DNA from: Moniliella sp. 'wahieum'
Taxonomy: Eukaryota
Direction: 5' to 3'
DNA length: 64,000 nt
Assembly: GCA_003971905.1 (NCBI GenBank)
Contig: RSEE01000009.1
Span: 868,001 to 932,000 of the forward strand
The notes below the pieces were generated by a model that saw nothing but the letters and a program-made list of their open reading frames with translations, made no database searches and was not told where the DNA came from. Below are positions 51,501 to 63,670 of this stretch, in pieces. Every line of letters starts with the position of its first letter. Positions within the stretch are counted from its first letter, which is position 1. Made by a program: the position numbers and the translations under genes.

Positions 51501-51975
51501 TGCGGTCATTACCTGGCTGACCCAGAATGGCACGTTTGACGCCCCGGGGTGAGTTTTGGGATCAAGGCCAACTTCCAGCGGGCAGCCCGAACAAGTGGAC
51601 CGACACCCCTCTGCAGTACTACCTCCCCGCCATTCAGACTGCATCTGGGTTTTTCTCCTTCTTCCTCCTTTGCGACTTGAGCAAACTTTGTCCGCACCGT
51701 CTTTACGCTGCGCGTCTGGACCATCTTTGGTCGCAACGCGTTTTCGCTCTATTGCTTCACGGGACAGTCTTCTGGAGTGGGGTGCGGTCTCGACGTTGAA
51801 GATGCTCAGAGCCGCTTCCAGTACTGGGCTGCCATGATCATCAACTTCTTCTTGTGCTACGCGGTTCTTTTCGTCGCGTGTGAGCTCTTACACGTACCTT
51901 GACCGCTGGGGCATCATGGTCGCTCGCGCATGCTGGCGTGCTGCTTCCGGTGGTCTGGGACGTCGCATTCGTTAA
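48565..51975 (+). CDS. Secreted GH16-like (ConA-fold) domain + TM helix + cytosolic linker + acyltransferase-3 membrane domain, probably one fusion gene; intron 50984-51058; frameshifted
   Basis: Signal peptide MQVWSALFLAGAAVATLPGVRA|QCACGY. GH16-like GSQFQTRRRDILYGSFRT, WHEYRMDWLP, FKHWSNG.P..S.GPP, IRYARLFFNSS. TM AWIGFTVSIGIFTALFVHAFV. AT3 motifs LDGLRGFACLLVSLHH, VGIFFVL, FTRVPRL, GILWTVPVIVQSSW, FIGGLMIADL. Confidence 0.75.
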
Positions 51976-52699
51976 CCACCTGTGTGTACTGGGTTACTTT
52001 TGTCATCTCGTTTCCTCTGTGTCTCTCTCTTTCTGTCTTAATTTCTTCTCTTTTTGCTTTTAAACGGGGTCTATTGCCCACTAGCTTGCAACAGTTTATA
52101 TCTCCTTAGTCTACAGTTTCTCTCTCCTTGTTGTCGTGCCTTACTACTGCGCGCTCCGCAGGAGGCCCCGATCCTCTCCGGCTTTTGCGTTCGGCGGTAT
52201 CGATATAAGGACTGCTGTATATAGCACACTTCTTTGTCTCCTTTTTCCTATCCCCTTCTTTCTTCTTCAAGTGCATAACGAAAAGATCTGACGTGTCTAT
52301 ATGAATCATGATCTGCATCGTGGCTACGCTTTTGGGGACGACAAAAGAAACTGAGCTCTCGTCGGCAATTGAAAAGATGCTATTACGCTTCTGGTCAAGA
52401 ATGATGATGGAGAGAAATCACAAATGTACTGTATGCGCGGTATAGGTCCTCGTTCTCCTGGCGTCCCAAGGCGTCGCGCGGGCGCGAGTACGTTCGTGTA
52501 CCATCCTTTGGTACGCCAACATCGCCTCCCGCATTCCCGAGCCCCGCAGAGTGTGGCCGTCACCTCCATTCCTGATCTCCGAATGGTCTAGGTTCCATCA
52601 GTCGATCGGTTCGTCGTCTCAGTACACATTGCCATGATCCTCCCAAGCCCCGTCTCTACCTCCGCCACCGTCGGCTCGTTGTAGGTGTGTGGAGCGCAC

Positions 52700-52990
52700 T
52701 AGCTGGAGGATTGGCTCTTGCACCGCCTCATGCAATGCACCAGTCTTGGACGGTGCGGAGGTGTAAGCCAAAATATGCTCGAGCGAGGACATATGACATC
52801 ACGACACCCCACTTGCACACAACATTCTGTGTGTGGAACGACAAAGTGTACCGAGCTGAAGACTATTCTAAACCTTCTTGTCGGCGAGTATGAGGTATTG
52901 TGCTGGTGGGATAGTATTGAGGAAAGCCAAGTGCAGTTGAACGCATTAGTAAAAATTGCTGTGCTCATACTGTATGGATGCGTTATTTGT
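52700..52990 (+). mobile_element. Possible degenerate copia GAG-pre-integrase/integrase relic
   Basis: WLLHRLMQC (cf. LWHRRLGH), NMLERGH, VCGTTK, ESQVQLNALVKIAVL (cf. ETQ.G.KIK.LR). Weak. Confidence 0.25.
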
Positions 52991-53319
52991 CCTCATCACA
53001 TATAACGAAGTTGTATAGGAGAAGAGAGGAGATCATCGGACATGCATGCCCACATGGTGGCGGGCAGGTGCTAGATAACCGCCCAGTATGGTGAGTTGTG
53101 TACACTATTACTACAACATGCAAGTGATACTTACACCACGCCTCTCTCGTCGGGAACCACACTAATATATATGCAAAAAACGGTAAGCTTCTGTGTAGTG
53201 TTGTGTGTGTGTGGCTGCAGTGTATATAAAGATCATGCAGTATATATAAAGATCATCAGAGCCTGCTATTATCTCCATGTAATAAGATTCAGGGAAAAAA
53301 ACGGCCGTGCCACTACTGT

Positions 53320-53535
53320 CCAACAGTTAGGTCAGCATCGCGTAAACCACCGGGCATGCAGACACCAAGTTCAAACAGCATGTTGCGAATGAATAGAGCA
53401 TCTCGAAGGCCATCTCCCATGGCTAGGTATTCAGATGCTGTGTTGCTCACACCTTGATTTTGGGACTTGGAGCCCCAAGATACAGGCACACCGAAAACAA
53501 AAACAACATGGCCCGAAACGGAGTGGGAGTTGCTC
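53320..53535 (-). mobile_element. Ty1/copia RNase H fragment (relic)
   Basis: SHSVSGHVVFVFGVPVSWGSKSQNQGVSNTASEYLAMGDGLRDALFIRNMLFELG matches the copia RNase H consensus S.SGY.F...G..ISW.SKKQ..VA.ST.EAEY.A......EA.W.R..L.ELG. Confidence 0.85.
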
Positions 53536-54135
53536 TTGTAATAAATAGGAGGACGGACAAAAAAGGTAAGTCTAACGCTATGGATGTGTTTTTGGCTTTG
53601 ATAGACCGTGAGATGAGACATCCCATGATGATACTCCCGTTGCACTACTGATTATGTCGAAGAGGGCGTGTTGTTCGCGGGATGCAAGGCAAGACGAAGA
53701 CGGTGTGGGGGCTGATATATGTTCCGCAGCGACTATATAAATGAACTGTGGGTGTGGTGGGTGTGTGGTCACCGGCCAAGACTCTTCTCTCTATCATCGA
53801 GATGTGTATTAGCCTAAGAAGGCTACCTTTGCGTCTCCTGTGTCCTGCGTCGGGGGAGAGTAGCGGGTGGAGGCGCAGATGCGGGGAACTGGCTATATGC
53901 AAAGCTACCCTTTTAGTAGTATAAGTCGCGCTGAGGACATCAATCATGGGTTATTGTCGCGGAGAACGGAGTTTTGCCAACACAATCGTGTGTGCTTTCC
54001 TCCGCGGCAGGGGCACACAGCGGCGTGCAGCCACTCGCAGGGCACTCAGGAGGCGGAACGCTAACACAAAAGCATATTCTAATGGGCGCCCCCGCCACAC
54101 AGTATTAATGGTATACGTCAGCCCCCGTTTCTATT

Positions 54136-57100
54136 ATGGATCGCCCTCCCTCCCCTCCTCACTCCATTCGCAATACTGTCCCCACCTCCACCAACATCGA
54201 AACCCCGTTGAATGGGTACCCTGACTGATATTGCCCTTCTTCCGTCTCCCCTCTTCGGCCACCCAGCCGCCACCTATACTCAACTTGGGTCGGGGCGCCC
54301 CTGCATTCGTGGATGCCGACGTGAACACCAATTTTAACGCCGCTGATAGTCAGTCTCCTCCGGCCCGTTCTTCCCGTATACACAACCACCACAGTAGTAT
54401 GCCAGAACTACGCCACTGGTTTTCGCACACCAGCTCCCGCGCCCGCAGTCCTTTGCCGCTTGTTTCCGGCACCCGGCCCCACTCAATCGCATTGTTCTCA
54501 ACGACGGCAAAGAAGAGTTGCCCCTGGACGAGGAGGGTGCGATACCACATTCTCCAAGCCTGGCACCTTCACACTATTCTTCGGTTGTTAACGGCATTTC
54601 CCCTCCAATAAATGGGCAACATCTTCTTCGCCGCTCATTCATCCGCGTCGCTCCCATCAAGACAGTCAAGACCAGCTGCACTTTGACATGGACGATCCAT
54701 CCGTATCCCATCACTCGCGCCTTTCTCAGATTCTCGGCAATCGGGCTTCCAAGTCTTTGTTCCATCACCACCAGCGCAACGATTCCAATATGAACGATGA
54801 CATTCCCGAACCCCATCCAAACAAGGTTGCCGCAGCCTCAGATTCGGTCCTCAGGGTGCAGAATGATCTGCACTTGTCCCGGCCTTGCTCAACTGAAGAA
54901 CATGTAGGTCGGGGTGGTAAAAACGCGGGTGAACGAAGAGACGAAGAGTCTGGACTCTCTCCGCTCCCATCTGAGTTTGGAGTCCTCCGCCAATGGGCCA
55001 ACGCTGGCAGCGGACTGCTGGATCGTATCCGCTCCCACCACTCCCACAGCAGAAGCGTTGTTGTCTCTACCAATAATACCCCGGCTACTGTGAATGATGA
55101 CGAGTCCGTGGCCACCAAGAGGCGGGTGCCCTTCTTTCCGCCAAAGTCAAAACTTCGCGTGGGAAGAGTAGCGCAACCCCCCAATGCATGATTTATCGCT
55201 TTCGCCTCTTCCAGGCCCTAAAGGCACACCACCCGGCTCAATCGTGTTGAAAACAGCAGGCCAAGACCCAGCCATTCCGGTATTCAACTCTTAACAGAAG
55301 TTACATCCCCTACCCTCGTCCTACGAGTGGCACCATCTCCGGCCGACGGGCTAGCAGCGGGCTGGATACTTTGACTGGGGCGAACGCGGAAGACACGAGC
55401 AATACGGGTCTTCTATCGCCAAGGGAACCCACCATGTCGGAGTTGATCAAGGCCGCGGTTCCCTCAGGGGCGCCAAGCTCAACTGAAGGATTGCCCTTGG
55501 GAAACCGCACACCCAAGTCCAACTGGCTTCTTCGTACCCATCCAGTCCGCCCCCCTTCAGTCCAGATGGGACTTTTCAGTGTAGTGCAGATATGGAGCCC
55601 AACATGCTTCCCCGTCCAGTTGCTGATACATTTTCTCCCGGGACCTCCTACGAGGTTCAGGAAACGCTTAATCCAAATAAGGTCTTGAGCAGCCTCAAGG
55701 AAGAGCCGGATTCCCTTAAAGTTCCTCGAATGGCCATTCCGCCCTTGGAGGCTTTTCCGAGCCATTGGTGCATCCTCTTCCTCGGTCTGTTGCCACTGGA
55801 CGATCTAGCAATATCTTCTCAACCAGGGCAAGCTGAATTTGAGAAGACGATGAATTCGGCAAATTTGGCGCAGAGGACCCCAGAGGTTCGTAGCAAGATC
55901 CTCCCCCCGACTTCGTCGCTTGGCTGCAGAGCGTTCTCAAGTGCCGTTCCCGCATTCATCGCCTTCCAAACATGTAAGTGAGCAGGGAACAAAAGAAACG
56001 GGAAACAATTCAAAAGAAAAGATCTCGCTTCCGTTGCCAGAGGCACACACTCTAGAACCTCATCTGCGCTCCTCACACTCTCTCAATTCGCACTTCTCTT
56101 CATTGTCCCCACCCTCACTCCTCACAGCACAAGCAAGCCAACCAATCTGCATTTCAAACGGCTATCTTATCCCAAGAAGGAGCCGAGAATTTCCAATGGC
56201 AGCATAACCGACAGAAACAGCTCGATGGTGGAAACGGAGCTGGTTCCCAGTTCCATTCTCAATCCGGTCCTCTGTCGCACATCTCATCGCTCCGCAGGAC
56301 AAGCTACCAACTGGACCGCGTGGTACTAACCATTCAGACACTTCGGATATAATCACGTCTCCTCGCTTGCCCGGTGACTCGTCGAGAACCAATAAATCAG
56401 CTGCTTCATCCGGCTCGGACAAGAATCCGTTGGGATCACTTGCCAACACACCCTCATTCTCGAATCTCAAGAGGTCGATGGGTCGTCATTGGCATTGGTA
56501 CGTCTCTCTGCTCTTGCTTATTTCATGGTGCGCTGGCATGCTGATTATGAATCACCTCTTCTTTGTACGAACACATTTTGATGGATCTTGGGTGCATTGT
56601 CGTCTAGACCTTAGTCGGGACCCGATTGGCCGGGGACAATACGGTGAGGTGTACGTAGCGTTGGAGACCCGAACAGGCCAAACGCTGGCAGTAAAGATGA
56701 TCCCGTTCAAGGGAGGATCCGGAGGAGGCCCACACGCTCTTCAAGGAAGTGGATATGCTCAAACGTTTGAGTCATCCGAGCGTAGTGCGGTACTATGGCG
56801 CCGTTAAGTCCAGCACTGCCTGTACATCGTGACCGAGTATGTCGAGAATGGTTCGCTCCTCAAAACGCTCCGTTCTTTGGGCAGTTCCCAGGAGCCACTC
56901 GTCGCGGCCTACATTCAAGATCCTTGATGGTCTGTGTTACCTTCATGAAGCGGGGGTAATCCATTGCGACCTGAAGGCAGCCAACATTTTGACCACCAAG
57001 TCGGGGAACATTAGATCACCGATTTTGGTGTCTCCCGATGGTCGGTCAATTCACCTTCTCATGCCAATGATGTCATTGGAACCCCTTATTGGATGGCGCC

Positions 57101-58333
57101 CGAGATCGTTCGCTTCAAGGAGCGTCGAAAGCAAGCGACATTTGGTCGCTGGGGTGTCTGGTGATTGAACTGTTGACCGGCCATCCACCTTATGCAAAGC
57201 TCAACGCGATGGGAGTGTATAAGATCGTAATCGACCCCCATCCTCCCTTGCCCCTGACATAACGGAGGACCTGAACGAGTTCTTGCTGTCCTGCTTTGCC
57301 AAGCTGCCCACCCAGAGACCTACCGCCAGAGACCTGTTGAGCCATCGTTGGTTGAATCAGGTATGGACCAACGACCCATCTCTCGCCCAAAATTCGCTGC
57401 CCGCCTTGCACCGCATCTCAGCTGAAGCGCGCCGCTTGTCGCAAGTGTTGACCCCTGGACCCACAGCTACCCCACCCACCGCGGACTCTACACCTTCATT
57501 ACGGCCGCCGTCATCCCTCTCAGATCTCGGCAGGGGTCGTGATTCTGTAACGTCATCGGCTCATGTCCGTCTGAGGCCGAGCAACCCTCGCCTGCGCAGA
57601 CTTTCGGAGGCGTCGACAGGTGGATCTGCTCCGTTACTTCAACACACATTTATCCGCTCCGTCTTCAGTCAAGCGTTGGAGTGCAGCGTTTGTTTGGAGG
57701 CGATTATCCCCATGTCGGATGCATTGCTATGCAGTGCCAAATGTGGACTTGTGTGCCATCGACGTTGTCTTGCCCAGGCTCCACTGCCTTGCGTACCATT
57801 GCGTCTTTGCGTCAGCATGACACTTCTTATACGCCTCCACTGGACGCCTCGAACAACACCTCATCGTTGGTGGAGCCGGATCGCGACTTTGCTCCTGCTT
57901 AAGTCATCTCTCGTCGTCACTCCTGGAAGAAGAGCTATGGCTTCTCCACCTCAGCGAGGCTGCCACACCCAACCCGTCCGTATTCCGCAGATGGCCCTCT
58001 CACCCTCCCATCCCATTCGTCTTCATCTTTTCCAAACTGCATCTTCGTGGGCAGCGAAAGCACAAATTGCGCAAATGGGCTAGCACCCGTACAACTCATA
58101 AGGATGCGTCCGTGACATTTACCCCCTCCCACACGCTTTCTCTGATTCACCCAATCATCGCCTCCATCATGGCGTCTCTTCTCCCCATACAGGAATGGGG
58201 ACGCAGCAGGTTGGTGTGCATCGAGTCAGCAGCCCACAACTTGGACAGCGCCCCACCATCGCCACATCCACTTTCCCCGCAAGATGCTCAGCAAGGTGGA
58301 GGATCCATCAAGCACGCAGACAGAAGAACTTGA
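54136..58333 (+). CDS. STE-group Cdc15/SepH-like Ser/Thr kinase with long disordered N-terminus and C-terminal C1 zinc finger; intron ~56498-56614; frameshifted, ends approximate
   Basis: [12 protein letters not shown]...[121 protein letters not shown]1: [17 protein letters not shown]...[22 protein letters not shown]. Confidence 0.85.
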
Positions 58334-59490
58334 TGCAAGCCACTGCCTCATCATGTAATTCCTCTTTGTACGCGCGCCCATGCGATCTTCATATCTGCGC
58401 TGCCCAGGCCCTGTTCGTTTTTTTTCTGCATCACTCCTTTTGCCCCTCCCCATCCAATGAACCATCCCTCTTGCGCTCTGGACGTTTTTAGCTATACTTC
58501 CGTCCCCCTTTTGCCTGACAAAGATGTGCATTGTGCTCACTCAGACCCTTATTTTGGGCCGTCTATCCCCTTTTGGCATATTTGCTTCTTCCCATTCAAC
58601 AACTCCCCATTTTGGCGCTGGCATCTCTTTATTGGCTGTACCCACACCTCCGTTTGCCCATTCTAGCACTCTACGTTTCCTGCAATGCGCTTTTACTGTG
58701 GTTGTCTATGATACTCCACTTCCTTTCCTATGACTGTGCATGTGAGAAAAGACAATTGATGGTCGAAGGTGCCGAAGATGGTGCGCGTCGAGAGTGATGT
58801 TTCTATCTTCAGGTCTTTTTATCTTCACAGGCCTCAGTTTGGCACGCAATGGTCCCCCTCAAAGGCCTTTTGGGCTCATATAAACGGTGGATTGTCACAT
58901 GTCCATGTCATTGACGATCTTCGACGAATCACATGCATAACGGGAAGCTTTGATGGTCCCCATGCCATCTGGGAAGGCGTTGCGAAGATCCCCAACGGCA
59001 GGCCGAATGAATTAATGAGACGGGAAGGCGACCCTAACACACAGGCGCACTGGAGGCCCTCCTGCTGCCTCTCGCCAGTCCCCGCCGCCTGTGCCCACCC
59101 GTGTCGGTCGGCGTCCTGGTTGGTGCCTGTGTGCCTGCTGTGTGCCTGCAGGCCGGCGTGCCTGCTTCCCCCTGTCCCCGATCCGACAAGGGGCCGAAGC
59201 GGCGATCGGGGTCCAGCGTGGGGCAGCGCACAGAAGCCGGCATGGGGGCGGTGTGTCGGTGCTGACGCGCTCCGGCGCTAGGGTTGGGGGGTCTCCTGCG
59301 CTTGGGCGCGCCTGTGCGCGCCGACGCCCACCCGCCGCCCCGACGGGAACTGAATCGGGCGGTTCTAGTGCTGCGAGTCCTGTGCGTACGACAGCCGGCC
59401 GCGCACTGGCACGGGGCTGTGACGCGGACCTGGCGAGACATGGCGCTGCCGTCCAGTGCCGCGTGCGAGCGGCGGCGGCGGAGCGGGGGC

Positions 59491-59622
59491 CGCTGGGAGG
59501 CAGTGGGAGGCAGGGGAGGCAGTGGGGAGCAGCGGGGAGCAGGGGGGAGAGCACTGGGGAGCACTGGGGAGCAGGGGGAGCAGTGGGGAACCGCTGGGAG
59601 GCAGCTGGGCAGCAGTTGGGAC
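59491..59622 (+). repeat. G-rich degenerate minisatellite (GCAGTGGGAG / GCAGGGGGAG / GCACTGGGGA units of about 9-10 bp)
   Basis: cgctgggaggcagtgggaggcaggggaggcagtggggagcagcggggagcaggggggagagcactggggagcactggggagcagggggagcagtggggaa... Confidence 0.85.
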
Positions 59623-59910
59623 GCAGCGCTTGAGGAGCAGCCGCGGGCACGCCGGCCCACAGGTGGAGCAGGACAAATCATCCAGCCACTGCCGCTGTGC
59701 CTGCAGCCCCCGCTCGGGGCAGGCTGGGATCCGATCCGACTGACTGCGGGTTTTTTGGCGCGCCGCCTCCATCCCACCACACCCACGCCCGCCATCACCA
59801 TCGCCACCACCCCGGCCCTCCACCCCCACCCCCACCCTACACAGCCCCCCACTCCCAGCGCTGCGTCTTTTCTGCGTCGACAAGCACATCTGCGTCCGTG
59901 TGCCGCCGCC

Positions 59911-62900
59911 ATGTCGTTCGTGCCCGCCCCCTCGGCTGCCCAACCACCCGGCCCAGGCTCCAGCAACCCCGCCATGGCCCAGCCCCAGCCGCTTCCCGTC
60001 GACGTACCTGCTCATTGGCTCGGCCCCAATGCACCTACCGCCGTGGCTCTGGCTCAGGCTCAGATGCAAGCCCAAGCACACGCGCACGCCCAGGCACAAG
60101 CCCAGGCCCAGCCCAGGCTCAGGCTCAGCTCAGGCCCAGGCTCAGGCTCAGCGCTCAGGCTCAGACTCAGGCCAGGCTCAGGCTGGCCCTTCTCACCAAA
60201 TTCCAGGCCCTCCTCTTGATGCTTCTGTGGCATCATCACCTTGGGAAGCTGCTTCTCGCGCCGCTGGACTAATGACTGCCGTCCAATCTGACCTTGGTAC
60301 CCTGGCCAACCAAATGGCCACCGCACGCACTGCTCAGGGAACACTCTCTGGCCTTGACGTGGCCGCCATGGAGGCTGCCGTACGGAAGCTCATTGACGCC
60401 ATCAACCAGAGCGCCCATCAGTTTAGCTCCCTTCGTCTCGATGCTGGCCCGGCCCCGGCTGCCGCATCTACTTGCGATTGGATCAGCCCAGCCTTTGGCG
60501 CTAGACGCCTCCTCGGCCCATCAGCTCTCGGCCTTGTGGGGCCCGCGAGCCCCGTCACAGTCGCAACAGCCACCTGTTCCTCCACCCCTGCCCCACATGT
60601 CCAACTCAGGCGTAACCACCGACTCGTATGCTAGCTCGCCCAGTCTGTTGCCCGACTCACCTTCCGGCAGTGCAATCAACTCTTCGTCCGCTGTTCACAG
60701 TAGGTCAGGGAGTGTCGGCATGGTACCTGCCCTTCGGCGGGCGCAATGATGGCATCCATGACGTTGGCTGACAAGCCGCATTCACGCGCATCGGCCGCTG
60801 GTACCTCTACCAACCACCTTCCCCACCTCGGCAGCAACCCTGCTGGGTTCGCCTCTCCTCCTCCTCCGCCGCCGCACTCCCAACACCAGTTTCCTCAGAT
60901 TACTGCGCAACAGCCCCAACTTCGCGGCCAGCCGCCTTTCGATGCCTCTTCTGGAGGGCAGCCACCCCCGGCAGGTTCGCCCGGCCGCGATCCAGCCCCA
61001 TTTGCCTCACCTGTATCCCGTTCCCAGGTCCCGAACCAGTTCAGTAATAACCTGCACCTCCCCCCCCCATATAACCGCCTTGTCCAACTCGCTCAACTCC
61101 GGCTCGCTCCGGAGCCAATCAGCCTCAATCCTCCCTCCTTTCAATCACCCTTTGGCCGCATCCAATCGTCGATTAGCTCGGGCCAAGGTGAAGTGGCTCC
61201 TCCTATGCCATCATTAGCCGAAGCATCTGCACAGGGCAACAATCTGCCTGCAGATGCTACTCCAGTACCAACTGCAACGCTAGCTGCGAACCCGGTTGTC
61301 GGGGGCCCTTCTGCTCTACAAGGGTCCTCAGCGGGTATAGCTAGCTTGCATCCTAATTTGGCCGCCTGGCTCAACCAACCCTCGACTTCCTCTGACCAAG
61401 CGCAAAGCTCCCACCTCGTGCGAGATGCCCAGCCTGCACAGTCAACATCCCTTCCCCTATAAGACCACCCCCTCCCGATCAAACTGCTTGCACACACGCC
61501 TCGGTGCTCCAACCGGGCCCCTCGGTCTACAATGCCCCAATTATTGCCCCCAACTCAGGTCCCTACCCCTCTGCCGGCCCCAATGGAGAGCCTATTCCGT
61601 TTGCCCCAGGTTTTTGGCATGTCGACTATGCCTCCCTTCCCAGGGCGCCGGAGCCACAAGTCAGCATCAGTTCCCCAGCTTGACTCTGAGCTAGTGACAG
61701 AGATTGCTCCGAGTGACAAGCGCTATCGGAATCGCAAACTTTTGGTTCGTCCAGACTTCTGCTTCCCCTTCGTTCTGTTTCTTGTACTAACGCCTTGACT
61801 GGTTCAGCGTGACTTGCGGGAGTACCTCTATCGCTTCCTCAACACGACCGAGTTCCGCCTCCTCACCGACACGCACGATGTAGTGGAATGGGTCGAGCAT
61901 CCCAACGCCGATCCGGCCGCGCTCGCTAATCTGCCAGGGGGCGGAGGGGCTTTGGCAAATCGGCGTTGTCCCCGAGCAGCGACTATTTCACATTGACTTT
62001 CAAAGCAAAGATTACTACCGCACCAACTCAGCGCTGATGAACGAGCTCATTCGGGTTGGACATGCATTGACTCGCGTTCAACCCTTCGAGTATGGTGTGG
62101 CTGCTGGGGTGCTCCAGCCGAGTCATGTGGAGGACGTGGCAAAGGACCTCATGGACAGTGCCCGCTCTGGGTTTCGACAAGGCGTACGCTCCCAGCCTTC
62201 GCAACCAATGGACGAAACTGAAGAGCAGAAGGCACTCGTCAGCGTGCAATGGAACGGGCTAAAGCCAAGCAGCGGGACCGGGAACGCGGTGCGACTCGTC
62301 TGCGCAAGCCCATTCCGCGTCAGTTGCTCATACCTGGTGCCTACAGTGACGATGCAGCCAGCGATGATGATTTGCATGGCCTGTCAGTGGAATCATGGCG
62401 CGCCGAACGACAGCGCAAGCTCGCCCATCTCGACATACCCGAAGATGGATCGTCGCCCTCTTCCTCGGGTGGGAAGGACGACGGGCCAAGAAAGCTCTCT
62501 CCAAGGGAGTTGAGGCGGTCACACCTCGTTGGCGCAATCCAGCACTTACTCGGGCCTATGTGGCCGCGGACTTCCAGGCGCTGCGTACGCCTGGGTCCAG
62601 TACACGGCGGCGCAAAAGCGCCCCGGGTGGAGCCGATCCTGACCAAGCCGATGCCACGTTAGCCGGGCCCAGGCGATGGCGAAGAGATCGTCCATTGGAC
62701 ATAGACATTCCCCATTCGCTTCGCGGTCGGCGCTTACCGGCGGCTCTGTTTGACTCTGGCTGGTTAGCCCAACATCGGGAAGAGCTTTACAATGCGCCCT
62801 ATTACATCTCAGTAGACGATGACCCCGTACCTGGGTGGTCAGAAGGGGCCTACGGCGTATCCGAATCCGACGGCTCCTGTGCTGACTCTCCAGCCAAGGG

Positions 62901-63670
62901 GCCCCCCTGGCTCGGCGGTCAAGGGAAAGGGCGCAGTGCGTCCACTTCATTCTCCACCGCTAGCTCCGCTAGGTCAGTCGAGCCTTCACCTTCGCTTTCT
63001 CCCGGCAAGCAAGAGTTTCTGCACAACCGCCCTAACCGTGGGTCCATCTCTGGCTTCCACAAAGCTCGTCCCCGCATCGTCATTGATGAAAAGAATACCG
63101 AATGGGCGGTTGAGGATGACGATGAAGACGAGGGAGATGAGGTGGACGACTGGTGCCTACGCTGGAGCGACGACGGTCGTCTAAACGCCAACGTACCTCC
63201 GTTTCTCAGTCCCGTCCCTGCCTATCGCATGGAGTTCCCCCGCCTATGGCCCCATTGCCGCCCCCACCGTTGAAGAAGGCGCAGCACAGCGCATCGGCTG
63301 TGCTTCAATCTACGACCCAGTCCCCTCCTTTGGCCTCCGCCCCAGAGCAGACACCGGTCTTCTGGACGGTGCGTGTCTTTACCCGCACAGGAGGGCGATG
63401 CTGGCTCCACGACGAGTGTTTCGGCAGATATCAAGGTGGAAAAGCCTGGCACGCCGTCAGGCGGATGGCTGGATTGGGGGACTGGTCCCGCGAATTCCAC
63501 TTACCCCTTGGGGATTTACTGCCGATGGAGCTTTCTTCAGGATTGGGATTAGGTACTCCGATGGAAATCGTGCCCCAAACCCCAGGAACGGTGGCCCGAT
63601 TGATGTCCAATCTGGGGTCCGGCCTTCTCACACCCCAGTCTGGGTGCGTCAGCAGTCCCGGATGATGCAA
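59911..63670 (+). CDS. Large orphan protein with N-terminal (QA)n tract, Pro/Ser-rich middle and basic/acidic C-terminal region; intron 61745-61807; frameshifted, end uncertain
   Basis: gccATG at 59911. Chained ORFs 59284-60219, 59900-60634, 60746-61462, 61532-61798, 61814-, 62037-, 62249- and 62395-63273. Intron GTTCGT...ACTAAC...CAG joins KRYRNRKLL to RDLREYLYRFL. Confidence 0.6.
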
